This document shows positions 47,341-57,258 of a DNA stretch of 64,000 nucleotides, piece after piece. Source of the DNA: Corallococcus exiguus (GTDB lineage Bacteria > Myxococcota > Myxococcia > Myxococcales > Myxococcaceae). The DNA is taken from contig NZ_JAAAPK010000002.1 in assembly GCF_009909105.1 (NCBI RefSeq), positions 285,827 through 349,826 of the forward strand, written 5' to 3'. Under the pieces are notes generated by a model that was given only the letters and a program-made list of their open reading frames with translations, searched no databases and was not told the origin of the DNA. The position numbers were made by a program, and so were the translations under genes. Positions within the stretch are counted from its first letter, which is position 1, and the number at the start of each line of letters is the position of its first letter.

Positions 47341-49200
47341 TCAGCGCGGCTCCTTTCGCGGGAAGGGCCCTTCCATGCCCCTCGACGCTCCGGAGCCGGA
47401 CCAGAAGCCCATGACGTCGCCCACGCGATCCGGATGGGTAGCAAGGTCGGTGCCGAGCCCCACCACCACGAAGCCGACGCACGCCTCGCTCCCGAGCAGG
47501 CGCCGCAGCGCCCACACTTCGAACACGGAGTGCGCGCCGGAGCTGGCGAGGACGAGCACCCGCGCTCCCTTGCGGACCGCTAGTCGCAGCGCCTGCGGAC
47601 GCCGAGCCTCCTCCCAAGACACGAGCGTCGCGCCTCGTCCCGGGACGTCATCCCGGGCTGGGACGTCCGTTGCCCCAAGCCGGGACAGCAGCTCCCGGGT
47701 CCGCTCCTGCTGCGATTCCCCGAGCGGCAACACCCGCGTCACGCCGCTCGCCTCGTCCAGCGCGGTCCGGAGCTCCACGACGAGCTCCTCCAGGCCTTCA
47801 GCGGTGGCGGGCCAGGGAGTGGCGGCCACCACCGGGCCGCGTCCCCAGAACGAGAACTCGGCCGGCGTCCACAGCTTGAAGCCGCGCAGCGAGGAAGCGG
47901 TGAGGGCCACCACGGCTAGCAGCGCGAAGAAGGGAGGCAGCAGCAGGGCCACCGCGCGCCGGTAGGACTTCGAGGGACGCGTCGGCGGGGTGGCGGAGGT
48001 GAGCACGCGCAGCTCCATCTCGGGCTGGCGCACCTCGCCCTCCACCACCTTCTGACGCTGCTGGAGTTCGGTGAGGCGCGTCTCGGTGATGTGGATCCGC
48101 GCGAGCAGCGCACTGGCCTGGCCCTCCAAAGCGGAGAGCCGTGCGATGCGCTCCTTCGCGGCCTCCTCCGCTTCGGCGTAGGCGCGCCACTTCTTCTGGG
48201 CCAGCTCCCGCTGCGAACCGGCGTCCAGCAGGCTGTTCTGGAGGAAGGTCCAGGAGGGGTTGGTCCCCACGACGCGGTCGGAGACGGTGCCACCCGCGGG
48301 CCGGGACTCCAGGGCCCGCACGGCGGCGGTGAGCTGCACCACCTCGGGATGTTCCATGGAGAGATTGGCTCCGCGGGCGGCGAGCTCCGCGCGCAGCTCG
48401 GCCAGCTTGCGCAGCTCGAAGTAGCTCTCGGTCTCCGACAGCACCATCCGGCTGGGCTGCTCACGGGCCGCCTGCTTCAGCAACAGCGCCCTGGCGTCCG
48501 AGGACTCCGCTTCGATGCGGAAGCGGTTCTTCTCGGTGCGCAGCCGCGCCGCCTCCTCGATGGAGGACTGCCGGTCGAGCGTGAGCTCCGCGATGCCGTT
48601 CTCCTGGCGGAAGCCGTCGTAGTGCGCCCGGGCCTCCTCCAGCTGCGCCTGGACCTTGAGCACCTCCTCGCCCAGCGCCTTCAGCTGCGCCTCGGCCCGA
48701 GTCCGCTCCGAGTCCCGCTGATGGTCCAGGAACACCTGGGTCATGGCGTCGGAGAGCCGGACGGCCTCCTCGGGGCTCGCTGCGGTCGCGGAGAGGGTGA
48801 GGATGTTGGAGCCGCGGGACACGGCGATGTCCACCCGCCGGGCCAGCGCCTCCAGGGTCACCGGCAGGCCCGTGCGCGTGCGCAGCGCCTCCAGGTTGTT
48901 GGGGAGCTTGAGCGTGTCCATCAGCGTCTGGATCTCCCGCTCGGGGTTCGCCGCCGCGCGCGAGCCCGTGGGCTCCCAGACGAGAATGGTGCGAGCGGTG
49001 AACTCGCGGGGCATCACGGTCTTGGCCAGCAGCACGCCCAGGACGATGCCCGCGACGAAGCACCCGCCGATGATCCGCCAGCGGCGCCGCAGCACCCGCG
49101 CGATGCGCAGGGGATCAACGGGATACCCGGAGCGCACCGACTCCTGTCGCACGGGCGCCGTCTGCGTTTCGGGCTCCGGGCCCTCTTCCAGCGAGAACAT
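47341..49200 (-). CDS. Polysaccharide co-polymerase (Wzz/GumC/Wzc-family PCP). No Walker A is visible in the C-terminal domain.
   Basis: N-terminal TM 'IIGGCFVAGIVLGVLLA', long coiled-coil periplasmic region, second TM 'LLLPPFFALLAVVAL'. Confidence 0.65.
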   Translation of the reverse strand: MFSLEEGPEPETQTAPVRQESVRSGYPVDPLRIARVLRRRWRIIGGCFVAGIVLGVLLAKTVMPREFTARTILVWEPTGSRAAANPEREIQTLMDTLKLPNNLEALRTRTGLPVTLEALARRVDIAVSRGSNILTLSATAASPEEAVRLSDAMTQVFLDHQRDSERTRAEAQLKALGEEVLKVQAQLEEARAHYDGFRQENGIAELTLDRQSSIEEAARLRTEKNRFRIEAESSDARALLLKQAAREQPSRMVLSETESYFELRKLAELRAELAARGANLSMEHPEVVQLTAAVRALESRPAGGTVSDRVVGTNPSWTFLQNSLLDAGSQRELAQKKWRAYAEAEEAAKERIARLSALEGQASALLARIHITETRLTELQQRQKVVEGEVRQPEMELRVLTSATPPTRPSKSYRRAVALLLPPFFALLAVVALTASSLRGFKLWTPAEFSFWGRGPVVAATPWPATAEGLEELVVELRTALDEASGVTRVLPLGESQQERTRELLSRLGATDVPARDDVPGRGATLVSWEEARRPQALRLAVRKGARVLVLASSGAHSVFEVWALRRLLGSEACVGFVVVGLGTDLATHPDRVGDVMGFWSGSGASRGMEGPFPRKEPR

Positions 49201-49314
49201 CCGGTGAGGACGGCTGCACGGTGGATGCCAGTGTCCAGCCAGCTTGGGTGGGCGCGGGTGGCGGAGCTCTTGCAATGCCAGACACCGTCGCGGACGGCGG
49301 GAGCGCTCGGAGCC

Positions 49315-49329
49315 GTCTCACATTGAGAC
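49315..49329. promoter_or_regulatory. Palindrome GTCTCA-cat-TGAGAC in the divergent promoter region between the PCP gene and the alkaline-phosphatase-family gene.
   Basis: Read from the sequence. Same GTCTC/GAGAC core as the sites at 39479 and 55076. Confidence 0.45.
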
Positions 49330-49335
49330 AGAACC

Positions 49336-50559
49336 ATGTCCCGGGAAGAGATGACACCAGGAGGAGACAGCGCCGGGGCACGGCACTTCCGGCCGCGTCG
49401 TGTGCTCGTGGTCTTCGTCGATGCGCTGGGCCCGTCCCAGCTGGAGACCTTCGAAGGGCTGCGTGGGTTGCCGCACCGGGGCCGCCTGCGCGGCATCCTC
49501 GGCTATTCATGTGGAGCCCTGCCGACGATCCTCACCGGCGCGCCGCCGGAGCGGCACGGGCGGATGTGCCTCTTCGCGCACGCGGAGCGCGAGGACGAAG
49601 GCGTGCTGTCGCCGCTGAGGTGGCTGGGGCTGTTGCCGCGCCAGGTGCATGAGCGGGGCATGCTGAGGCGTGCCGCGGCGCGGGTGCTGAAGAGGACGGA
49701 GGGGCTGACCGGGTACGTGGACCTGTACCGAGTCCCTCCGGAGCTGTTCCGCTGGCTCGACCTGCCGGAGCGTGAGGACCTGTTCAACGCCGAGCGCATC
49801 GGCGGGGTGGAGACGTTCCTCACGAAGGCGAGGCGCGCGGGCCTGCGCGTGTTCGCGGCGCCGTGGCAGATGCCGGAGGAGGAGCGCTGGGCGCACACCT
49901 GCGCGGTGTTACGGGCGAGCAAGCCGGACCTGGCCTTCGCGTACGCCACCGCCCTGGACGGCGCCCTGCACCGTACGGGCAACGGCAGCCAAGACGCGCT
50001 CGCGACGGCCCGGCGGCTCACCGAGCGGATCGAACAGACGGTGGATGCGATGCGCGCGGGCGGAGGTGACGTGACGACGGTGATGGTGGGGGACCACGGG
50101 ATGGCGGACATCCACGAGGTGGTGGATCCAAAGCGGATGCTCGGGGAGCTGCTAGGTACGCGGCTGTTCGTGGACAGCACGATGCTGCGGGTCTGGGGTG
50201 ATGAGCGGACGCGCGAGAAGGCCCGCGAGCGGATGGTGGCGCACGGGCTCCCGGGGAGATGGCTGGACACGGAGGCGCTGGTGGAGCGACAGGCGCCGGT
50301 GCGGGGTGCTCCTTACGGACAAGCCCTCTTCGTGCTGCGGGAAGGAGCCCTGTTCGCCCCCAGCTTCGTGGGCGGCAACGTGCGAGGCATGCACGGCTAC
50401 GACGTGGACAGCCCCTCGGCGTATGCCGCCATCGCCTCGGATGCGCCGCTGCCCCGGGACCGAGGCGCGCTGATGGACGTGGCCGGATGGGTGTGCGCGA
50501 TGCTGGGGCTGGAAGGGGAGACGAACCCGGACGGGAGGCCGCCATGGGCCGCGGCTTGA
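49336..50559 (+). CDS. Alkaline-phosphatase-superfamily protein (type I phosphodiesterase / nucleotide pyrophosphatase-like).
   Basis: 'VLVVFVDALGPSQL' metal-ligand N-terminus. 'VMVGDHGM' near the C-terminus. Confidence 0.6.
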   Translation: MSREEMTPGGDSAGARHFRPRRVLVVFVDALGPSQLETFEGLRGLPHRGRLRGILGYSCGALPTILTGAPPERHGRMCLFAHAEREDEGVLSPLRWLGLLPRQVHERGMLRRAAARVLKRTEGLTGYVDLYRVPPELFRWLDLPEREDLFNAERIGGVETFLTKARRAGLRVFAAPWQMPEEERWAHTCAVLRASKPDLAFAYATALDGALHRTGNGSQDALATARRLTERIEQTVDAMRAGGGDVTTVMVGDHGMADIHEVVDPKRMLGELLGTRLFVDSTMLRVWGDERTREKARERMVAHGLPGRWLDTEALVERQAPVRGAPYGQALFVLREGALFAPSFVGGNVRGMHGYDVDSPSAYAAIASDAPLPRDRGALMDVAGWVCAMLGLEGETNPDGRPPWAAA

Positions 50560-51731
50560 GGGTCGCATGGCTCAACGACGCCGCCACCCCCGTGGGCGGC
50601 GCCGAGCGCTACGTGCGAGAGACCGCGCGGGAGCTGCGCGGGCGGGGAGTGACGTCGCTGCTCTTCTACGACGTGAACGTCTCGCCGGATCCGCACCCGG
50701 TGATGCGGGAGCCGTTCGAGGGCATCTTCCCCATCGTCGACCTGGCGCGGCAGCTGAGGGAGCTGGCGCCGGACGTCGTCTACGTGCACCAGCTCGCGAG
50801 CCTGAACGCGCAGCGCGCACTGTTGGATTCGCCAGCGCCGGTGGTCCGCTTCTTCCACGACCACCGGCTGTTCTGCCTGCGCGAGCACAAGTACACGACG
50901 CTGGGAAAGGAGCCCTGCACGAAGCCGGTGGGCGCGGCCTGCTACCCATGTCTCGGCTTCGTGGGCCGTTCAGGGGACTGGCCCGGGCTGAAGTGGGCCT
51001 CGCTGGGGAGGTTGCGGGAGGAGCAGGCGCTGGCCCGGAGTCATCACGCCTTCGTGGTGGGCTCGCGGTACATGGCGGACCACGTGGCGGCGCATGGCTT
51101 CCCGCGCGAGCGGACGCACGTCATCCCGCTGTACGCGCAAGCTCCGCTTCAGTCGCAGGTGCAGGTGGAGCGAGAGGAGGACCTGCTCCTGTTCGTAGGG
51201 CAGCTGACGACAGGCAAGGGCCTGGATGTGCTGTTCCACGCGCTGACACGCACCACTCAGCCGTGCCGACTGGCGGTAGTGGGAAGGGGCCGGCAGGAGG
51301 AGGAGCTGCGCGCGAAGGTGGACGTGCTGGGGTTGTCGAAGCGGGTGGCCTTCCTGGGCCCGATGGCGCCCGAAGCGCTCTCCGAGCAGTACCGGCGGGC
51401 CGCGTGTGTCGTCTTCCCCAGCCGAGCGCCGGAGACGTCCGGACTGGTGGGCATCGAAGCACTGGCGCACGGGACGCCAGTCATCGCCAGCCAGGTGGGC
51501 GGAGTGGGGGAGTGGCTGACGGAAGGCGAGACGGGGCTGGGCGTGCCGCCAAATGATCCGGAGGCGCTCGCGGAGGCGATCGACAGGCTGATGGCGGCGC
51601 CGGGCCTGAGGAGGACGATGGAGGCACACGCGCGAAGGACCTACGAGGAGCGCTTCGTCCCCGAGCGGCACGTGACGAGGCTTCTGGCTCTGCTGGAGTC
51701 GGTGGCGGGCGCGGGAGGGAGGGCGGCGTGA
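50544..51731 (+). CDS. Glycosyltransferase family 4.
   Basis: 'ETSGLVGIEALAHGTPVIASQVGG'. Confidence 0.7.
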   Translation: MGRGLRVAWLNDAATPVGGAERYVRETARELRGRGVTSLLFYDVNVSPDPHPVMREPFEGIFPIVDLARQLRELAPDVVYVHQLASLNAQRALLDSPAPVVRFFHDHRLFCLREHKYTTLGKEPCTKPVGAACYPCLGFVGRSGDWPGLKWASLGRLREEQALARSHHAFVVGSRYMADHVAAHGFPRERTHVIPLYAQAPLQSQVQVEREEDLLLFVGQLTTGKGLDVLFHALTRTTQPCRLAVVGRGRQEEELRAKVDVLGLSKRVAFLGPMAPEALSEQYRRAACVVFPSRAPETSGLVGIEALAHGTPVIASQVGGVGEWLTEGETGLGVPPNDPEALAEAIDRLMAAPGLRRTMEAHARRTYEERFVPERHVTRLLALLESVAGAGGRAA

Positions 51732-52936
51732 GGGACGGACGCTTCACGTTGAAGGGCTCGCCCGAGGTGGAGGCGAGGATCTCCCAGGTGGTGTCAGAAG
51801 CGGCGGCCGTCATCCACGGGCACGTGCGCCCGGACGAGCTGCGGACGCTGGCCCTCATTGGCGGCTACGGGCGCGGTGAGGGAGGAGTGGAGAAGAGGGA
51901 CGGCGTCGAACGGCCGCACAACAACCTCGACTTCCTCCTGGTGCTGGAGCGAGCCCCGCGAGAGGGGCTGAAGGCGCGGCTGGACCTGGTGCTGGAGCCG
52001 CTGCGCGAGCGGCACGGGCTGGGGTTGGACCTGGGCGTGACGACGGTGCGGGCGCTGCGAAGGTCCCCGTGTCAGGTCATCTGGTACGACATGCGGTTCG
52101 GCCACAAGACGGTGGCGGGGGATGCGTCGTTCCTTCCGGGGCTCGAGCACTTCACGCGAGAAGCCATCCCACCCGACGACGTGCGGAACCTGGCGGTGAA
52201 CCGGGGCACGCTGCTGATCATCAACCAGGTGCTGCGGGACCAGGGCGCACTGGGCGAGGACGCGCGCCGCACGATCCTCCGGCACACGGCGAAGGCCATC
52301 ATCGGCTACGGCGACGCGCTGCTGTACTTCCTGGGTGCATACGACTGGAGCTACGCGGAGAAGCGGCGGCGGATGGCGCTGCGGCACGACGTGCCGGCCG
52401 GATTCCGCAAGCTGTACGACGAGGCGAGCGCCTTCCGCTTGGAGCCGGACTACGCGCGCTTCGCCCCAAGCGAGCTGGGGCCCTGGATGGACGAGGGGAG
52501 GGCGAGGCTCGCGGAGGTGCACCTTACGTGTGAGGCCGCGAGGCTATCGGTGCCCGGGCTGAAGTGGTCCGGATACGCGGAGCGGGCGTTGAAGCACTCC
52601 CTCAAGGAGGGCGGCCTCCAACCGAAGGTCTGGCTGCGTCGGGTGCGCAACGGCGTGAGGTTCCGGCCAAAGGCTTCACCCGAGCTGGGGCTCCGAGCGC
52701 GGTTGGGGCTAAGGCTCGGAGGGCCGCGAGGGGGGTTGGCGGCGGCGTTCCCCTTCGTGGCGTTCGAGGTGGGCGGGCCCCAGGACGCCGAGTTCGCGCG
52801 GCAGCTGCTGCGAGCCGCGAGCCGCGAGCCAGCGGACTTGCGGCGCGCCTATCTGAGGTACTGGGGCGAGTCGGGAGACCCCAACTTCGCGCACGTGGCG
52901 AGGAAGCTCGGCCTGCGCCTGGGGGACCAATCATGA
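51728..52936 (+). CDS. Hypothetical protein with a nucleotidyltransferase-like N-terminal motif.
   Basis: 'LIGGYGRGEGG...NLDFLLV'. GTGA-coupled upstream and ATGA-coupled downstream. Confidence 0.45.
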   Translation: MRDGRFTLKGSPEVEARISQVVSEAAAVIHGHVRPDELRTLALIGGYGRGEGGVEKRDGVERPHNNLDFLLVLERAPREGLKARLDLVLEPLRERHGLGLDLGVTTVRALRRSPCQVIWYDMRFGHKTVAGDASFLPGLEHFTREAIPPDDVRNLAVNRGTLLIINQVLRDQGALGEDARRTILRHTAKAIIGYGDALLYFLGAYDWSYAEKRRRMALRHDVPAGFRKLYDEASAFRLEPDYARFAPSELGPWMDEGRARLAEVHLTCEAARLSVPGLKWSGYAERALKHSLKEGGLQPKVWLRRVRNGVRFRPKASPELGLRARLGLRLGGPRGGLAAAFPFVAFEVGGPQDAEFARQLLRAASREPADLRRAYLRYWGESGDPNFAHVARKLGLRLGDQS

Positions 52937-53826
52937 GTCGCAAGGTCACTGTCATCATGCGCTCGAAGGACTCTGCCTGGGTCATAGGCCAGGCGCTCTC
53001 CGGCCTGTTCTCGCAGGCGCGCAAGGACTTCGAGTTGCTCGTGGTGGACTCGGGCTCCAGGGACGCGACGCTGGACATCGTCTCGCGCTTCCCCTGCCAA
53101 CTGATCCGCATCGACGCCGGGGCGTACTTCCCAGGCGTGGTGCTCAACCGGGCCATCCGCGAAGCGCAAGGCGACATCATCGTCTTCCAGAACTCCGACG
53201 TGGTGCCGCTGACGCCGCAGGCGCTGGACCGGTTGCTGGAGCCCATTGAGCGCACCGATGCGGACGCGACCTTCGCGCGGCAGCTGCCGAGGCCGGAAGC
53301 GCACACGTGGGTGCGAAGGGATTACGAGGTCGCGTTCCCGGAGCAGGGAACTCCGCCGCCGTGGATGACGTACTCGCTGCCGTTCGCGGCGATGACGCGG
53401 GATGCGTGGCTCAAGCACCCGTTCTACGAGGACGCGTGGGGCTCCGAGGACACGGAGTGGGGACACCGGGCGCGAGGCGACGGGCTCCGGGTGCGCTACG
53501 TGCCGGACGCGTGGGTGATGCACTCGCACAACTACACGCTGAAACAGTTGTACGGGCGCCGCTTCATCGAAGGAGAGGCGGATGCCTTCATCCGGGAGGA
53601 GCCCGCGTCGCTGACGGGACTGGCCCGGAAGCTGGGCGCGTCATGGGCAAGGGATGCGGTCGTGCACATCCGGGCGCGCGACGCCGCGGGCCTGGCGCTC
53701 TCCGTTCCCCGGAGGCTCGTGTACCACTGGGCTTATTGGAAGGGACACCAGTGGGGAGAGCAGCGCCTGCGGAGCGGGAACGCGGACGCGAGCGTCGGTC
53801 AGCGGGTGGTGCTGCGGAGGCAGTGA
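52933..53826 (+). CDS. Glycosyltransferase family 2.
   Basis: 'VTVIMRSKDSAWVI...ELLVVDSGSRDAT' and a 'D.D'-type motif region. Confidence 0.7.
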   Translation: MSRKVTVIMRSKDSAWVIGQALSGLFSQARKDFELLVVDSGSRDATLDIVSRFPCQLIRIDAGAYFPGVVLNRAIREAQGDIIVFQNSDVVPLTPQALDRLLEPIERTDADATFARQLPRPEAHTWVRRDYEVAFPEQGTPPPWMTYSLPFAAMTRDAWLKHPFYEDAWGSEDTEWGHRARGDGLRVRYVPDAWVMHSHNYTLKQLYGRRFIEGEADAFIREEPASLTGLARKLGASWARDAVVHIRARDAAGLALSVPRRLVYHWAYWKGHQWGEQRLRSGNADASVGQRVVLRRQ

Positions 53827-55004
53827 GCTTGAGCCGCATCGAGTAGCAGTTCCTCGATGCCGCGAACGTAGGCGTCGAGTGACGCGTGTTCTCGCACGAT
53901 GTCGAGCGCCCGCTGGACGAGCACCTCCTGTGCCGCCGCGTCCCGGTGGAGGGCCGCCAGCGCCTCGGCGAAGGCTTCACCCGTGCACGCCTTCACCAGC
54001 AGCGAAGCGTCGTGCCGATCAAGGAAGTCACGGGCACCGCCGCTGGGGGACGCCGCCACCGGCAGGCCGCAGGCCATGGCCTCCAGATACGTGAGGCCCT
54101 GGCCCTCGTGCTCCAGCTTTGACGCGAACAGGAGCGCATCCGCATCCTGATACAGCGGAAGCAACTGCTCGCGGGGAAGTTGCCCGGCCCATGCCACGCG
54201 TCCGTCTACCCGCAGCACCCGCGCCCGTTGCCGCAAGGACGTGAGATAGGCCGGATCGTCCGCCGCGCCCGCGAGCGTGAGGGTGGCCTTGACGCCGCGC
54301 TTCTCCAAGGCCGCCAGGGTGTCGATGGCCGCATCGGGGGCCTTGCTCGGATGGAGCCGGCCGACGAAGAGCAGCCGAGGCTCCGGGCGCATGGGCCGGA
54401 AGGGACGAGGGGTGAAGCGCGACAGGTCCACGCCCTGTGGCCGCACGACACCGAAGTCCAGCGGCACACCCGCCGCGAGGCACGTGCGCCGGACCGCGTC
54501 CGAAAGCCACGCGACCCCTGCGGGCTGGATGCCGGTCCAAGTTCGTGAAGGCACCAGCAGCGAATCGAGCACGCTGCCCAGCCGAGCCCAGGGCCGCGCG
54601 TCGCGCCCCACGCTGAACGCCACCGGCCAGTCGTCGTTCACCGTGACGATCGCGGGGACGCCTGCCTCGTGGAGCACCCGCAGCGGCGCGAGCCCCAGTC
54701 TCCGCAGGCTCATGACCAGCACCGCATCCGGCCTGCCATGGTCCTTCAAGTAGCGGCGCACCGCCGCCGTGTTCCGCGCACCAGCCGCGAAGTGACGGAG
54801 GCGATCCCGTCCCGCGGGCCGGCCGAAGCGGCGAGCCAGGCGCAGGGACCGCAGCACGCGCCCGTTCTCGGAGCCATCGCCGCTGGTGAGGACGTCGACC
54901 TCGTGGCCGCGTCGCTCCAACCCCTCCACCACATCTCGTGCGAGCAGCTCGTAGCCGCCGAGGACGTCGGGCGGGTACAGGTTGGTAAGGACGGTGACTC
55001 TCAC
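53799..55004 (-). CDS. Glycosyltransferase family 4.
   Basis: 'KLEHEGQGLTYLEAMACGLPVAAS'. GTG start inferred. Confidence 0.65.
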   Translation of the reverse strand: MRVTVLTNLYPPDVLGGYELLARDVVEGLERRGHEVDVLTSGDGSENGRVLRSLRLARRFGRPAGRDRLRHFAAGARNTAAVRRYLKDHGRPDAVLVMSLRRLGLAPLRVLHEAGVPAIVTVNDDWPVAFSVGRDARPWARLGSVLDSLLVPSRTWTGIQPAGVAWLSDAVRRTCLAAGVPLDFGVVRPQGVDLSRFTPRPFRPMRPEPRLLFVGRLHPSKAPDAAIDTLAALEKRGVKATLTLAGAADDPAYLTSLRQRARVLRVDGRVAWAGQLPREQLLPLYQDADALLFASKLEHEGQGLTYLEAMACGLPVAASPSGGARDFLDRHDASLLVKACTGEAFAEALAALHRDAAAQEVLVQRALDIVREHASLDAYVRGIEELLLDAAQAHCLRSTTR

Positions 55005-55070
55005 GGGCAGGCCCTTCAGCTTGCAGGGGACATGCCTCCCCGCGAGCTGACTCCTTGCCCATGCACCGCC

Positions 55071-55110
55071 CGGATGTCTCGCATTGAGACGTCTCGGAAT
55101 GGGAATGGGG
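55071..55110. promoter_or_regulatory. GGATGTCTC-gcatt-GAGACGTCTC palindrome followed by a tandem GGAATGGGAATGGGG, in the divergent GT4/GT4 promoter region.
   Basis: Read from the sequence. Shares motifs with 44620-44760 and 49315. Confidence 0.45.
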
Positions 55111-55150
55111 AAGGAGGGACGCCGCGGGTGGGGCGCGGAGTGTCTGGTCC

Positions 55151-56428
55151 ATGAATTGCGTCTTGCCCGTGCATATGACGGCTGTGGAGCGCCCCGGGCG
55201 GCGCGTGGTGCATGTCCTTCGCAAGTACGACCCGCGTGAGTGGGGCGGGACGGAGACGCACGTCGTGGAGGTAACGCGGCGGCTGGCGGCGTTGGGCTGG
55301 GGGCCGGAGGTGCACGCACCGGCGGGGCCCTCGGAGCCGGATCGAGCGCTGGGCCCCGAGGTGCCGCTGCTGCGCTATCAGGCCTTCTGTCCGTTCCTGG
55401 GCCCGGCCGAGAAGCGAAGGGCGCTCGTCGCCAATGCCGGCAACCTGGCCACCTTCGATGAGCCGCTCCGGCTCGCGAAGGACGCGGGCCTCGCCCTGGC
55501 GCACCTGCACACGGCGGGGCGCATCGGCGGAGCCGTGCGGACGGCCATGCGTCTCACGAGGCGCCCCTATGTCATCTCCGTGCATGGGCCACTGCTGGCG
55601 CGGAAGTCCTGGCTGGAGCAGGACACCGCGCGGCGGCTGTCAGGGCTCATGGATATGGGCCAGCCCATTGGATGGCTATTCGGCGCCCGGCGCGTCATCC
55701 AGGACGCCGCGCGAGTCATCACCTTCAACGAAGAGGAGCGTCGCGCCCTGTCCGAGGTGGTCGGGGACCGGGCCGTGAGATTGGATCAGGGGGTCGACCT
55801 GAAGCGGATGGCCACGGGAAGCGCGCAGCGGGCGAGAGAGCGTTGGCCCCGGTTCGCCCGCGCACGTGTGGTCACCCTGGTGGGGCGCATCTCTCCGCAG
55901 AAGAACCAGGTGCTAGCGGTGAGGGCCTTCGCCGTGGGGGCGCCCGAGGATCATCACCTGGTCCTCGCCGGCGCGACGGTGGACGCAGCCTATGGAGAAC
56001 AGCTGAAGCAAGAGATCCAGGCACTGGGGCTCGGCGAGCGCGTCCATGTCCTCGGCAACCTGGACGCGGCCCGCGAGGTTCCGGATCTGCTGGCGCTCTC
56101 CAGGCTCGTGCTGGTGCCCTCGGCGCACGAGGCCTTCGGACTGGCGGTGTTGGAGGCGTGGGCGGCGGGGAGGCCGGCATTGCTGGCGGTGCACTCGGGC
56201 CTGGCGGATCTCGCCGGAGCCATTGGTCCGGAAGGGCTGAGCGTGCCGACCCTGGAGGTGGAGGACTGGGCCCAGGCGCTGCGGCAGGCACTCGCCAACC
56301 CCGTGCGGCTGGACGTGGCGGCGCGAGCGGGTGCCGCGCAGGTGCGTCAGCGCTTCAGCTGGGACGTGGTGGCGAGCAAGGTCGCGGAGCTCTACCAGGC
56401 GGTCCTCGAGGAAGGAGCGCGGCGATGA
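55151..56428 (+). CDS. Glycosyltransferase family 4.
   Basis: 'SAHEAFGLAVLEAWAAGRPALLA'. Confidence 0.7.
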   Translation: MNCVLPVHMTAVERPGRRVVHVLRKYDPREWGGTETHVVEVTRRLAALGWGPEVHAPAGPSEPDRALGPEVPLLRYQAFCPFLGPAEKRRALVANAGNLATFDEPLRLAKDAGLALAHLHTAGRIGGAVRTAMRLTRRPYVISVHGPLLARKSWLEQDTARRLSGLMDMGQPIGWLFGARRVIQDAARVITFNEEERRALSEVVGDRAVRLDQGVDLKRMATGSAQRARERWPRFARARVVTLVGRISPQKNQVLAVRAFAVGAPEDHHLVLAGATVDAAYGEQLKQEIQALGLGERVHVLGNLDAAREVPDLLALSRLVLVPSAHEAFGLAVLEAWAAGRPALLAVHSGLADLAGAIGPEGLSVPTLEVEDWAQALRQALANPVRLDVAARAGAAQVRQRFSWDVVASKVAELYQAVLEEGARR

Positions 56429-57258
56429 TGGACGGAAGCCCGGTGAGGAGGGGACTTCGTCGCTTGCAGCGGCTGGCGCTGGGACGGCGAGCCCGCACGT
56501 TCAACGAGGACGAGCTCCGGTGTCCCGCGATGGTGTTCGCGCCGCACCCGGATGACGAGACGCTGGGGTGTGGGGGCGCCATCCTCCAGAAGCGGCGCGC
56601 GGGAGCGGCGGTGCGGATCGTCCTCCTGACGGACGGCGCCAGCTCACACGCGCACCTGATCTCACGCGACGAACTGAAGGCGCAGAGGGCGCAAGAGGCG
56701 CTGGGCGCGGCGAAGGTTCTAGGTGTGGAGGAGGCGGACGTCTTCCTGCTGGGCTTTCCCGACGGCGCGCTGGACTCGAACCGGGAGGCGGCAGTGGCCA
56801 GGGTGGAGGACCTGCTGCGGAGGCACCGGCCGGAGCACCTCTTCGTCCCGTACGCTCGGGGCGAACACGCGGACCACGTGAGCACGAACCACCTCGTGCA
56901 TGAGGCAGTGGCAAGGGTAGGGCGGCCCGTCACGGTGTTCGAGTACGCGGTATGGGCCTGGAGGCACTGGCCCATGGTGGGCTTCGGAAGGACACGAAGG
57001 CAGCAGCGGTCGGTGCTCGCGGGGACGGTGTCGACGAGGCTGGGACTGCGGATCCTCAAGGACTTCCGGACGAAGGTGTCCCTCCGGGGCGTGGTGGAGC
57101 AGAAGCGAGCCGCGCTGGCGCTGCACGCCTCGCAGATGGAGCGCCGAGACGCGGAGCCTCGCTGGCACACGCTGCACGACGTGGACGGAGGCGAGTTCCT
57201 CCCGTGCTTCTTCGAGGAAGAGGAGCTCTACCGGCGCATCGACATCGCGGCGCGCTGA
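56425..57258 (+). CDS. PIG-L/LmbE-family N-deacetylase.
   Basis: 'MVFAPHPDDETLGCGG' and 'HADH' motifs. Confidence 0.75.
   Translation: MMDGSPVRRGLRRLQRLALGRRARTFNEDELRCPAMVFAPHPDDETLGCGGAILQKRRAGAAVRIVLLTDGASSHAHLISRDELKAQRAQEALGAAKVLGVEEADVFLLGFPDGALDSNREAAVARVEDLLRRHRPEHLFVPYARGEHADHVSTNHLVHEAVARVGRPVTVFEYAVWAWRHWPMVGFGRTRRQQRSVLAGTVSTRLGLRILKDFRTKVSLRGVVEQKRAALALHASQMERRDAEPRWHTLHDVDGGEFLPCFFEEEELYRRIDIAAR

Noticed and set aside
47341-49326. 411-aa plus-strand ORF 48091-49326
   Set aside because: Antisense of the PCP gene.
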